This document shows, piece by piece, positions 42,178 through 52,800 of a DNA stretch of 64,000 nucleotides. Each line of letters opens with the position of its first letter. The first letter of the stretch is position 1. Source of the stretch: Candidatus Melainabacteria bacterium. GTDB taxonomy: Bacteria > Cyanobacteriota > Vampirovibrionia > Obscuribacterales > Obscuribacteraceae. Made by a program: the position numbers and the translations under genes. The notes beneath the pieces are model-generated. The model searched no databases. It was not told the origin of the DNA and saw nothing but the letters and a program-made list of their open reading frames with translations. The stretch spans positions 18,779 through 82,778 of the forward strand of contig JABDBL010000006.1 of the NCBI GenBank assembly GCA_013288645.1, in the 5' to 3' direction.

Positions 42178-44049
42178 CTAATTACCTTCTTTATTTAAGG
42201 CTGACAAGAGTTTTTCGGCTGATTTTAGCGAGAATCCTGAAACCTTCGCTATTTCTTCGATAGAGCTGTTTTTAAAACTCTCGAACGAGCCAAAATGTTC
42301 AAGCAAGACTTTGCGACGAGCAGCACCAATTCCAGGCAAATCATCAAAGCCAGATTTTAAAACGCGCTTAGCTCGTTTTTTGCGATGGAAAGTTATAGCA
42401 AAGCGGTGCGCTTCATTACGAGCAGCTTGCAATAAATGCAGAGCTTTGCTGCGTCTAGATAATAAAACAGGACGCTCTTTATTGGGGAAATAAATTTCTT
42501 CTTGTTTTTTTGCTAGTCCAATAATGGTTTGTTTAGTGATATTGAGGTCGCTCAAGGCTTCTAAAGCAGCATTTAATTGACCACGTCCGCCATCTATTAT
42601 GATCAAGTCAGCAAAAGATTTATGCTCGTTAAGTAGTCTTTGATACCGCCTGCCCACAACTTCTTTCATGGAAGCAAAATCATTAGCTTTCCCTTCTATA
42701 GCACGGATTTTGAATAGGCGATAATCTGCCTTTTTAGGTAAACCATTTTCAAATACAACCATGCTAGCCACATTATCTGTGCCTTGTATATTTGATATAT
42801 CAAAGCATTCGATACGATGAGGTAAATGGTCTAAATTGAGTTCGTTTTTCAGCTCTTGCAAAAGATCAAACTGACGAGAATCAATTTTTGCATTATCTGG
42901 AATATATCTGCGAGTTTCTTGCTCAAGAAAAGCTTGCGCATTTTTTTTGGCTAGGCTTATCAGTCTTAGTTTTTCTCCACGCTTTGGCACAGAGATATTT
43001 ATAGATAAATTGACCCGCTCACTTAAAACTTCACCTAGAGCCTCGGCATCTTCAATTTCAAGTTCTAAAAGGATTTCTTTAGGTAAAGCTAAGTCATCAC
43101 AATTTGTGTAGTATTGATCTATGAAACTTTGCCAAGCTTCTTTTGCGACAGTTTTATCTGATAAAGGCAAGGTAATTACTTCTGATGAAATCAATTTACC
43201 TTCTCTAATTTGCATGCGGCATATAGCTATTAGCTTGCTATTGCATGCGCAACCAAGAGCATCTTGGCTTACCTTTTCACTAGCAAAAAACACTTGTTGT
43301 TTTTCGATCATTGTGTGCAAAGCATTTATTTTATCTCGGGCTTTTGCGGCTTGTTCATAATTGAGGGCTTGTGAATGATTTTCCATTTCTTTTTTTAGTT
43401 GAGATAACACTTCATTTTGATGTCCGGTAAGAAATAGCTCTACTTGTTTCACTATCTTGTCGTAAGTTTCGGCATCAACCAAATTTTGACAAGGACCCAA
43501 GCAAAGCCCCAAATGAAAATTCATACAAGGTCTATCTTTAAATAATGGTATTTTTCTTTGGCGCATAGGAAATACTTTACGTAAAACGCGCACAGTGTCC
43601 CACATTGCGCCAGCTGCTACATAAGGTCCAAATATTTTTGCTTTTGGATTACTTTTGCGGAAGCGCGAAGGGTCACGGATCATAATAAGGCGGGGAAATG
43701 GTGTGTCATAAGTAATGGCTAACCAGGGATAACGTTTGTCGTCTTTTAAAGTGACGTTATAGCGCGGCATATGCTGTCTGACTAAATTGGCTTCTAAGAG
43801 TAAAGCTTCTTTCCCACTGCTGGTTAATATCCATTCAAAGCTTTTTACTTTGGGCATCATTACAGCTAGCTTTGGCCTCTCTTGCCAGGCATTTTCGCTA
43901 AAATAAGAGCGCATGCGCTGACGCAGGCTCAAGGCTTTGCCAATATAAACAATTTGCTGCTCGGCATCTTTAAAAATATAAACACCGGTAGCTGACGGCA
44001 CATTGGTCAGTTTTTTCTTTAATTCGCTGCTAGATGATGTGAATTCCAT
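42178..44049 (-). CDS. uvrC: excinuclease ABC subunit C
   Basis: GIY-YIG module (GVYIFKD...IVYIGKA), UvrBC-interaction region, RNase H-like endonuclease domain and C-terminal (HhH)2. 623 aa. Confidence 0.95.
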   Translation of the reverse strand: MEFTSSSSELKKKLTNVPSATGVYIFKDAEQQIVYIGKALSLRQRMRSYFSENAWQERPKLAVMMPKVKSFEWILTSSGKEALLLEANLVRQHMPRYNVTLKDDKRYPWLAITYDTPFPRLIMIRDPSRFRKSNPKAKIFGPYVAAGAMWDTVRVLRKVFPMRQRKIPLFKDRPCMNFHLGLCLGPCQNLVDAETYDKIVKQVELFLTGHQNEVLSQLKKEMENHSQALNYEQAAKARDKINALHTMIEKQQVFFASEKVSQDALGCACNSKLIAICRMQIREGKLISSEVITLPLSDKTVAKEAWQSFIDQYYTNCDDLALPKEILLELEIEDAEALGEVLSERVNLSINISVPKRGEKLRLISLAKKNAQAFLEQETRRYIPDNAKIDSRQFDLLQELKNELNLDHLPHRIECFDISNIQGTDNVASMVVFENGLPKKADYRLFKIRAIEGKANDFASMKEVVGRRYQRLLNEHKSFADLIIIDGGRGQLNAALEALSDLNITKQTIIGLAKKQEEIYFPNKERPVLLSRRSKALHLLQAARNEAHRFAITFHRKKRAKRVLKSGFDDLPGIGAARRKVLLEHFGSFESFKNSSIEEIAKVSGFSLKSAEKLLSALNKEGN

Positions 44050-44192
44050 TAAAAGTTAAAGATTTGGCTTGAATTACTGTCTTATTACAGATCTTACAAT
44101 AGTAAAATGATTTAACAAGTTTTAACGCCGATTTCTCCTTGACTTGTACGACTACTAGTCGTACAATAAAAAAATACATTGAGGGCTTAATA

Positions 44193-44483
44193 ATGGAAAT
44201 GTCGGCTGAGCATTTAGAAAAGAATGATCGTATATATGCTCGTTGTAATACACAATTGAAACAACAAATCCAATATGCCGCTAGTTTAAAGGGATTGGAT
44301 TTAACTACTTATGTTCTTTCTACACTGGCAGCAGATGCGGATAAGACTGTTCAAGAGCATGATATTATGCGGCTTGGTAAGCGTGACCGTGAGGCGTTTG
44401 CTAATGCTCTTATTAATCCACCTGCTCCTAACAAAAATTTGATAGCAGCAGCTAAACGTTATAAAGAGAGAATGAAACGTTAA
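44193..44483 (+). CDS. DUF1778/TacA-like type II antitoxin (RHH fold)
   Basis: About 96 aa. KNDRIYARCNTQLKQQIQYAASLKGLDLTTYVL ... DREAFANALINPPAPNKNL fits the TacA family pattern. Stop abuts the toxin start. Confidence 0.8.
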   Translation: MEMSAEHLEKNDRIYARCNTQLKQQIQYAASLKGLDLTTYVLSTLAADADKTVQEHDIMRLGKRDREAFANALINPPAPNKNLIAAAKRYKERMKR

Positions 44484-45050
44484 GTGTTGCAGTTTTCTGA
44501 TTTAAACGATATTGAACCACTTACTAGAAGTCATAGTCGTGCCAGTTTCTCTTGTGGGGTCGGCAAGTTAGATAATTATATTAAGCATCAGTCTATTAGA
44601 AATGCTGAGAGTAATTTCTCTCGGGTTTTTGTTCTAACACTTAGAAAAAGCCCAGATATTATTGTTGGTTATTACAGTCTTTCTGCTCTTCAGATTTCGA
44701 TGGAAAAGTTAGCTGAACATATTCGCAAAGAATTGCCTAAATATCCGGTTGTAGGTACTACTCTTTTAGGCAGATTGGCAGTGGATGAAAAATGGCAGCG
44801 CGACAAATGCAATTTGAAATTAGGGGAACATCTTCTTGTTGATGCCATGGTGAAGGCTTGGCACGCTAATCAATTGGTGGCTTCTTATGCAATGATTGTG
44901 GATGTGCTGATAGGCGAAAAAGGCGACCCCACTCCTTTTTATACGAAAAGTGGATTTCAATCTTTTAGCGAAACGAATGCCTTACACAGACTCTACTTGC
45001 CAATGACCACTATTGAGCAGGTATTGCAGAAAATCGGTATTATTTTTTAG
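44484..45050 (+). CDS. GNAT-family acetyltransferase toxin (TacT/KacT-like)
   Basis: GTG start directly after the antitoxin TAA. FSCGVGKLDNYIKHQSIRN N-terminal motif and LLGRLAVDEKWQ acetyl-CoA region. 188 aa. Confidence 0.8.
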   Translation: MLQFSDLNDIEPLTRSHSRASFSCGVGKLDNYIKHQSIRNAESNFSRVFVLTLRKSPDIIVGYYSLSALQISMEKLAEHIRKELPKYPVVGTTLLGRLAVDEKWQRDKCNLKLGEHLLVDAMVKAWHANQLVASYAMIVDVLIGEKGDPTPFYTKSGFQSFSETNALHRLYLPMTTIEQVLQKIGIIF

Positions 45051-45167
45051 CATTATTGTTTTGGAAAAACAATTGCTACGCTGTTCATATTGCTTTGGCG
45101 AACAAAAATAGTTTGGCCGATATTTCATCCCAGGGAACAGATAATTGCCTATTTTCACTTTCTTGAA

Positions 45168-46694
45168 TTAGACCAATGTAATATCAGTGATTGCTTTATT
45201 ATCTTTAACTGTTTGATTGGAGTTACCTGCTTTTTCTGGGCGTCTCATTGCTTTTAGGTCGTTTTGCCAGCCAGGAACAATTTCGTTAAATACATCTTGC
45301 AAGAATTGAAAGCCTATAATTTTCAATTTGTCGGCCGGTTTTACTTCTTTTACCTGACTTGTTTTTGCATTTAGATTGGCCTTGGGTATTACTGCTGATC
45401 TAAATCCTAGTTTGGCAGCCTCTTTTAAGATCTTATCAATTCCTACTACTTGTCTTATTTCACCGGTCAGACCTATTTCTCCGGACAAGAATAAATCAGC
45501 TGATATTCTTCTATCTAATAGAGATGTGATAATGGCAGCGCTAATACCAAGATCCCCGCAAGGGCGATCAAAGTTTAAGCCACCAACTACATTTACATAA
45601 ACATCGCGCGCAGATAAGTTGACCCCTAATTTTTTTTCTAAAACGGCGATTGTTTGCAGCAATCGATTATAGTCCCAGCCGTTAGCTACGCGACGCGGAT
45701 TAGAGTAAACGCTTGTACCGACAAGAGCTTGCACTTCTAAGAACAAAACTTGATTACCTTCATTGTAAGCAATAATAGCTGTGCCTGGGCTTAAATCTTG
45801 TTGCTGGCTCAATTTATCTAGATGATCAGCTAGAAAAAATGTACCAGCATGATTTATTTCATTAAGACCAGTCTCGTCCATAGAAAAAATGGCAATTTCA
45901 TTTGTGGCGCCGAAGCGATTTTTATTGGCGCGTAAAATTCTTAATTGCTTTGCTTTATCGCCTTCAAATTGCAAAACAACATCTACCATATGCTCTAAGA
46001 CTTTAGGACCAGCGATAACACCCTCTTTATTTATATGTCCGACAATAATTACAGGAGTGTTATTTGTTCGGGCTGTATTTATAATTTCCTCTGCGCTTTG
46101 ACGAACTTGGCTGACCGAACCGACGGTGGATGTGATATCTGGATGATAAATTGCTTGAATACTGTCAACGATAACCAAATGAGGTTTTTTTTCTGTAATA
46201 TGCTTACATATGTTTAAAACGTCTTGTTGGGTATCTATATATAAGTGCTCGCCTATGATATCCAAACGTGAGGCTCTTAGGCTTACTTGAGATGCTGATT
46301 CTTCGGCACTTATATATAGAACGAGATGTTTAACCTCTAATGATTTGGCTACCTGCAGCAAAAGGGTTGATTTGCCTATGCCCGGTTCACCTGCCAATAA
46401 GATTACTGCGCCAGGAACAATACCGCCGCCTAGCACTTCATCTAAAGAAGCTAATCCAGAGCTAAGCCGTTCATAATTTTCTTTTCTTATTTCTTTTAGA
46501 GCTATAGGTTTATCGCCGTTCTGGCTATCATTACGGGCGAGAGTACGCTCGCTAATTTTGGAGGAAGGAGAAATTTCTCTCACTATTTCTTCGATCATGG
46601 AATTCCAGCTGCCGCAATCTGTACAGCGGCCCAAAAAAGCTGCCGCTTGAAAGCCGCATTCCTGACAAATCCATTTTGACTTTAACTTTGGCAT
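45168..46694 (-). CDS. radA: DNA repair protein RadA/Sms
   Basis: Zinc finger CQECGFQAAAFLGRCTDCGSW, Walker A GEPGIGKST, KNRFG motif, and C-terminal Lon-like domain. Confidence 0.95.
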   Translation of the reverse strand: MPKLKSKWICQECGFQAAAFLGRCTDCGSWNSMIEEIVREISPSSKISERTLARNDSQNGDKPIALKEIRKENYERLSSGLASLDEVLGGGIVPGAVILLAGEPGIGKSTLLLQVAKSLEVKHLVLYISAEESASQVSLRASRLDIIGEHLYIDTQQDVLNICKHITEKKPHLVIVDSIQAIYHPDITSTVGSVSQVRQSAEEIINTARTNNTPVIIVGHINKEGVIAGPKVLEHMVDVVLQFEGDKAKQLRILRANKNRFGATNEIAIFSMDETGLNEINHAGTFFLADHLDKLSQQQDLSPGTAIIAYNEGNQVLFLEVQALVGTSVYSNPRRVANGWDYNRLLQTIAVLEKKLGVNLSARDVYVNVVGGLNFDRPCGDLGISAAIITSLLDRRISADLFLSGEIGLTGEIRQVVGIDKILKEAAKLGFRSAVIPKANLNAKTSQVKEVKPADKLKIIGFQFLQDVFNEIVPGWQNDLKAMRRPEKAGNSNQTVKDNKAITDITLV

Positions 46695-46751
46695 AATGTT
46701 CTAATCCATGATATCTGAATTATCGGACGATTTTTATTGGAAAAGTAAAAA

Positions 46752-47543
46752 ATGACTTTTTATTCGCCTGGACAAATTTTTCTGCATATAGGACCGATAA
46801 CTATTCGCTATTACGGTCTTATGTTTCTACTGGGTTTTCTTATGGCCAGTTTTGCTTTAAAAAAAATAGCTTCTCGATATGGTTTGGAGTCAGAACCACT
46901 GATTAGTTGTGCATTAGTTTGTTTTATTGGTGGTATATGTGGTGCCCGCTTGTACTTTGTATTACTCAATTTGCCGTATTTTCTAAATCACTTAGCAGAA
47001 ATCTTTGCTGTTTGGCGTGGTGGCTTATCTATTCACGGTGGCATAATAGGCGCTGTTTTGGTTGGTATATGGTACGGGAAAAAGGTAGGAATGCCACTAT
47101 TTCAGACAGCAGATATTTTGACGGCGGTTGTGCCTCTGGCTCAAGCTGTGGGTCGTTGGGGCAATTTCTTTAATTGTGAACTTTTTGGCTTACCTGTTGG
47201 CGATGATTTTCCTTTTAAGCAATATATTCCGCCGGAAATGCGTCCTGCTCAATATGCAGCAAATGATTTTTTCCAGCCCGCTTTCTTATACGAATCGGCC
47301 TGGGATTTAGTTCTATTTTTTGTGTTATATTTTTTCGTTTTCCCGAGATTTAAGAATTATCCAGGTGTGACGTTTTGTGTGTATCTTGCCGGCTATTCAC
47401 TTGGACGAATTTTAATTGAACCGATTCGGTTAGACAGCATTATGTTTGGCGATATTCAGGTTCCGTTGGCGGTCAGTTATCTCTTTTTATTTATTGCACT
47501 GGGAGCCCTCGTTATTCTGGGAATTAGAAGCAAAAAGGAATAA
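46752..47543 (+). CDS. lgt: prolipoprotein diacylglyceryl transferase
   Basis: YGLMFLLGF, WRGGLSIHGGIIG, and GRWGNFFNCELFG signature. Confidence 0.92.
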   Translation: MTFYSPGQIFLHIGPITIRYYGLMFLLGFLMASFALKKIASRYGLESEPLISCALVCFIGGICGARLYFVLLNLPYFLNHLAEIFAVWRGGLSIHGGIIGAVLVGIWYGKKVGMPLFQTADILTAVVPLAQAVGRWGNFFNCELFGLPVGDDFPFKQYIPPEMRPAQYAANDFFQPAFLYESAWDLVLFFVLYFFVFPRFKNYPGVTFCVYLAGYSLGRILIEPIRLDSIMFGDIQVPLAVSYLFLFIALGALVILGIRSKKE

Positions 47544-47905
47544 TCAAGCAAACCAGTTTCTTATGGTAATGCCATGAAGACGGGTTTTTTTGGAAATTTA
47601 TCTATTATTTCTTATAGAAAAACTGTTATTCTTGCTTTGCCGCTTATTATAGTATTGCCATTCGTCAGAACTGGGACGCCAATGTAGTTCACGTATAGCT
47701 TTTGGCTTTAAATTTAAGATAGCACCAGGTTGCGGCACAGGCCGTTGAGCAATTTATTTGTGCCAGCAAGGCAGCGAAAATTGCCATAATAACTAAATCA
47801 GCACATGTCAAAAGCTCTTGAAATTGTTTTCGCATTTGCTTCTCCTTTGCGCCTACACTATACTGACAGAGCTCTTTGATATTGTTGTTAATTTTAGGAA
47901 ATACT

Positions 47906-48667
47906 ATGAATACAGCCAGTTTAAAACTAAGTGTTCGCGATGCACTTGAAAGCTCACTTTCTTTTTTGGGACAGTTTCTCAAACAGCACTGGCTGCTGGC
48001 TATTATCTATGTTGTGCTAGGTACTTTGCCAGCATTTATCATTGGCGATCAGGATATTTCGGATATTTCATTTGAAAAAAGAGCCGGATTAGGGATTGTT
48101 GCGATCGTAAACGTTATCCCTAGTTTGCTTTTGATTTATTATTCACTCAGGGATGCTTTACTTAAACTGGATCCATCTAATTCGCTGCCTAACAAGTCAT
48201 TAGCATTTGCATTATGGCAAATTTTTTGTATGAATCTCCTTTCGGCAATTATCGGAGTACCTTTATTGCTTCTACTTATATTGCCTGGCGTTTGGTGGTC
48301 AACCAAATCCACAGTATCTTTTGCCAATCTCTTGAGTACTAATGATGGAGTGATTGATAGCATCAGAAAAAGTCATCAACTGATGAATGAGCGATTTTGG
48401 CAGTGTTTAGGATTTCTAGTAGGAACCTCGAGCACTGTTATCTTAGTAACTGTGATAGCGGGCATAACAATTGGTTTTTTCCTTTTGATTGGTGGCGTGT
48501 TGAACGCGGTCTTTCATGAAGGTGCAGGATTTAACAGGGCAATGATGATTTTTCGCGTAATGGGTCCTGTATTAGCTGTTTTTACTGCTGTAGTGTTTTA
48601 TTATGTCCAGGCTTGGCTATATGTTTATCTTAAGCAAGATACTCCTGTACCGGTGACCACAGTTTAG
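47906..48667 (+). CDS. polytopic membrane protein, tandem paralog 1
   Basis: 5-6 TM helices. Shares the LSVRDAL...FLKQHW N-terminus and WLYVYLKQ C-terminus with the next gene. Confidence 0.6.
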   Translation: MNTASLKLSVRDALESSLSFLGQFLKQHWLLAIIYVVLGTLPAFIIGDQDISDISFEKRAGLGIVAIVNVIPSLLLIYYSLRDALLKLDPSNSLPNKSLAFALWQIFCMNLLSAIIGVPLLLLLILPGVWWSTKSTVSFANLLSTNDGVIDSIRKSHQLMNERFWQCLGFLVGTSSTVILVTVIAGITIGFFLLIGGVLNAVFHEGAGFNRAMMIFRVMGPVLAVFTAVVFYYVQAWLYVYLKQDTPVPVTTV

Positions 48668-48737
48668 ATTGGCATTGGGGGTTGGAAAATTATTGGTAGT
48701 TCCAGCAAAAGTAACAGTTAGAGAAAGGTGATTGAAA

Positions 48738-49487
48738 ATGCATGCGGCAATATCAACTTTAAGTGTGCGCCAAACGCTGAGAGGCTCACTCCCCTTTCTC
48801 AAAGAGTTTGTTAGTAAGCACTGGATTCTTGTCACAATATACTGTTGCCTTGCGGTTATTTCTCATCTAATCTTCGACCCAGAACAAGGAAAGTCAGGAC
48901 AACTTTTCCTGAATTGGAAATTTTATTTGTGGTGGATCATAGTTTGTGTTCCTAGCTGGTTGATTATGTACTATGCTATAAAAATGTCTTTGACAAAACT
49001 CGCTCCAGACTTACAAAGCAACAAGCCTTTCTTGCAATTCTTATGGCAAATAATTTGCTTGGATATTCTAAGGTTTGTAATAATTTTTGGTCTTTCTCTG
49101 CTTTTACTCATACCAGCAATTTGGTGGCTGACCAAAACAAGTATTTGTTCGGTAGTTCTTTTGAGTGCTGAAAATGGTCCTATTCAAAGCATTATAAAAA
49201 GTCATGAGCTAATTAATAATAAATTTTGGTTGTGCTTCAAATACTGGTTTGGTGCATTTACTATTGTTATCCTTTGTGTGGATGTTCCTTTGCTCGTTCT
49301 GGTGGGGATCTATGCTATTTGTATGTACACGACCGGACATGGTTTGAGTGCGCAATCTTTTGGACATATTTTTAATTTGCTAAACTCTGGAGTGGGTGTT
49401 TTTATGCAAATCGTTCTCCTTTTTTGTGAGACATGGCTCTATGTTTATCTTAAGCAAAACAATACAGTATCGGCTACAACAGCTTAG
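48738..49487 (+). CDS. polytopic membrane protein, tandem paralog 2
   Basis: Collinear similarity to 47906..48667 (LSVRQTL...FVSKHW ... KSHELINNKFW ... TWLYVYLKQNN). Confidence 0.6.
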   Translation: MHAAISTLSVRQTLRGSLPFLKEFVSKHWILVTIYCCLAVISHLIFDPEQGKSGQLFLNWKFYLWWIIVCVPSWLIMYYAIKMSLTKLAPDLQSNKPFLQFLWQIICLDILRFVIIFGLSLLLLIPAIWWLTKTSICSVVLLSAENGPIQSIIKSHELINNKFWLCFKYWFGAFTIVILCVDVPLLVLVGIYAICMYTTGHGLSAQSFGHIFNLLNSGVGVFMQIVLLFCETWLYVYLKQNNTVSATTA

Positions 49488-49496
49488 AGTTTTGGT

Positions 49497-49785
49497 ATGA
49501 AGACGATATTGTGTTATGGAGATTCCAATACTTGGGGTTATAAACCAGACTCTAACGTTCTTATACCTGTGAGATATTTATATGAAATACGCTGGACAGG
49601 TGTTTTGCGCTCGACTTTAGGTGACAAATATGTGGTTGTTGAAGAAGGACTTAATTCACGAACAACTGTCATAAATGATCCTTTAACGTATTCACTTGCC
49701 TGAAGCATGCCATAAAAAATTAGGACGAGCTGTGGCTGAAGAGATTATCAAAATAAACAAAAAGGCAATAAACCCTAAAGACTGA
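49497..49785 (+). pseudogene. SGNH/GDSL hydrolase remnant with an internal deletion and frameshift
   Basis: N-terminus MKTILCYGDSNTWGY (block I) stops after 68 codons. From 49702 another frame reads ...HKKLGRAVAEEIIK, which is C-terminal-like. About 120 central codons are missing. Confidence 0.65.
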
Positions 49786-49806
49786 GCAACGACTATTGCA
49801 GGAGAG

Positions 49807-52800
49807 CTAATGACCTAATGCTTTAAGGCGAGCCCTAGCATCGGCAGCAGAAGCACCATTGGGAGCCATCTTTAAATATTTTTGGTATTCAGACACGGCA
49901 AGCGGAGTTTGGCCATTAGTATCATATATGGTGCCGAGATAATAGTGGGCGTCGGCTGAGTTTGGATTCAATTGTAATGCGCGTTTATATTCAGTTGTCG
50001 CACCAGGTAGATTATTATTTGCTTGATAGGCGGTACCAAGATTTAAACGTGTATTTGCATCATCATCAATCTTTAAAGCAGCCTCGTAATCTGCTATGGC
50101 TCCGGTTAGATCATATTTACCAGCACTGTCCGGGGTAGTTTGTTTTTTTATAGCTGAATTAATGAGTGGAGCTGCTTGAGCTTGATTGGTTTGTTTGAGA
50201 GCTTGTTTGAAATTTGGTTCTTGCGGATTTAATGAAATTGCCTTTTGATAGTTCTTAATTGCTTCGGGCAGATCATTTTTGGAAGCATAACAAGTACCTA
50301 TTCCGTAGTAGTAAGAGGCTTCGTTTGGTTGGCTAGCTATAGCCATTTTATATTGCTCTAAGGCTTCATCTAGTTTATTTTCTTGTTGTAATTTTACTGC
50401 TTGGTCATAAGCAGACCCTCCTTCGTTTAATTTAGTTTGTTCATTAGCCGTAAGAATTTTTTGTGTTTGACTAGGGTTAGCTTTTAAAGCCGTCATGCGA
50501 CTTTTAGCGTCGTTAACGTAAGTACCATGCGGAGCGGTTGTTAAATAACGGCTGTAATCTTGAATCGCTTTGCCGCCTTGCCCAGCATTTTCATCAAGCA
50601 ATCCTATGAAATAAAGATTGTCTGCTTCGCCCTTATTGTCCAAGCTATAAGCTTTATTGTAAGCTTCTAGTGCTTTTGAAAAATTATTGCTAGCCTGATA
50701 AGCACTGGCCAGATTAGTCCAACCATGAGCATATTCAGGATTTATAGACAGCGCTTGTTCATATAATGGAATCGCACCAACTATATCTCCAGCGGTATGT
50801 TTTTTTACTGCGTCGTCCATAATTGGAGCCGATTTCAATTGCTTAGCTGTGATATAAACTTTCTTGTAATCAGGGTTTTTGGGAGCTAGCGATAATGTTT
50901 TTTCGTAAAAAGAAATTGCATTATCTAGATCGTTCTTTGCCTGATAGGCGGTGCCTAAAGCATAGACATATGAAGGCTCTGAAGGTGCCTCGCTAATTGC
51001 TTTTTGGTAAAGGGTAATTGCTTGATCTAAATTATTACTTGTTTGAGCTTGCACAGCCTGATTGTAATCATCCTGAGCTTGATTAGCCGTCTTCATTTGA
51101 TCCGCTGTCTTTAACTGTTGTACAGCCATGATATCAATGCTTAAGGCTTTTATGCGATCTTGTGCGGCAGCGGCATAAGGACCATTAGAAGCTAGGGACA
51201 AATACTTTTTGTAATTGGTTAAAGCGAGAGCACCTTGTTTGTAATTTTCTTGGATGGCGCCAATAAGGTAAAGATCGCCGACTTCATTTTTATTATCTAG
51301 GTCATAGCCTTTTTGATAAGCTGCTTGTGCTTCTTTGTATTGATCGGATTGTTGGTAAGCTGTACCTAAATCTGTCCAAAGCCTAGCATTTTGAGGGGCA
51401 AGAACACCAGCCTGTTTGTAGAGATCGATGGCAGAAGTGAGGTCGCCAGACGTTTGTTTCTGTACAGCTTGATCGACCAAAGCATCAGCTTTAAATTCAT
51501 TAGCTGTTTTTAGAGCATTGGCGTATTCTTTATTCTTAGGATCTAAATTACTGGCTTGATTGTACCAACTAACAGCTTGGTCCATATCACCCTTTTGTTG
51601 ATAAAGTGTGCCCAGAGCATAAGCATAAGTCGGTTCCTTTGGTTGCAAATTTATTGCCTGCTGATAAAGGGGTAAAGCTTCATCGAAATGCTGCTGTTGT
51701 TGTAATTGAACAGCTTGTTGATATGCTTTTGCTGCGTCTTGAATTTGTGCTAACTCTACATCTGTTTTTATTTTTGCCGTAGCGGTACTATCTTGACTTA
51801 AAGCACTTACACGAGCAGAAGCATTATCAGCATAATTGCCTTTTGGTGACTCTTTTAAATACTGCTTGTATCCGTAAAGTGCATCTGTCCCTTTTCCATT
51901 GTTATCGTCTATGGTGGCAATGAAGTAAAGATCGTCAAGTTGATTTGGCCTATCTAATTTTAGAGCTTTGGCATAGTCGTCTCTGGCTTGAATGTAATTC
52001 TGTCTAGCATATTCAGCGCTAGCCATATTGAACCAAAGGCTGGCATTGTTAGGTACCATTTGTAGAGCTTGCTGATAAAGTTCAATGGCTTTGGCATAGT
52101 TTTTGTTTTTGTGTTCTTGGAATGCTTGATCTATAGTAGGCTTAGCCTTTTGATCGAGGGCGCTAGTTAAAGCTTTCTTGTACTGATCATTATCAGAATC
52201 ATTATTAATGGCGTTGTGATAGGCATCAATAGCAGCATCAAGATCACCTTTTGCTTGATAAGTCGCGCCAAGATCAAAATGAGCGACTGCGCTTTGTGGA
52301 TTTAAGTCAAGCAATTGTTTGTACTTTTGCAAGGCTTCATCGTATTTGCCTTGCTTGAATAAAATATCACCAGCAGTAGAAATATCTTTTAATTGTTTGT
52401 CTTGACTTTGAGCGCTGGCAGTTTGTAGTCCTTGTTTGGCACTGCTATTGTTCGGGTCTAGTTGCAAAGCTTGTTTATATCTAACTGTAGCATTATCAAA
52501 ATCCCCTTTGGCCTGGTAAGCAGTGCCAAGATTCACCAAGATACTGGCGTTATTCGGATCTAGCTGTAAAGCAAGATTGTATTCATCGAGAGCTTGGTCA
52601 TACAATTGACGACTTTGTAAATCAACTCCTGAGTTTATGTGCTTGATGCTTTTGGCTTTTCGTTCGGCATCTGGTAGTGCGGTCAACAATTTTTTGGCTG
52701 TTTCGCCTGCAGCAGAATTTTTCGTTTGCGCTAGTCTTATCGCTTGCAATAATTCTTGCCTGGCTTGGCCGAAGTCCCCACGAAATTGAAGAGCTTGGGC

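Noticed and set aside
47689-47982. 97-aa minus-strand ORF upstream of the tandem membrane-protein genes
   Set aside because: It overlaps the start of 47906..48667. It has no SD and no recognisable features, so it is likely non-coding promoter or leader DNA.
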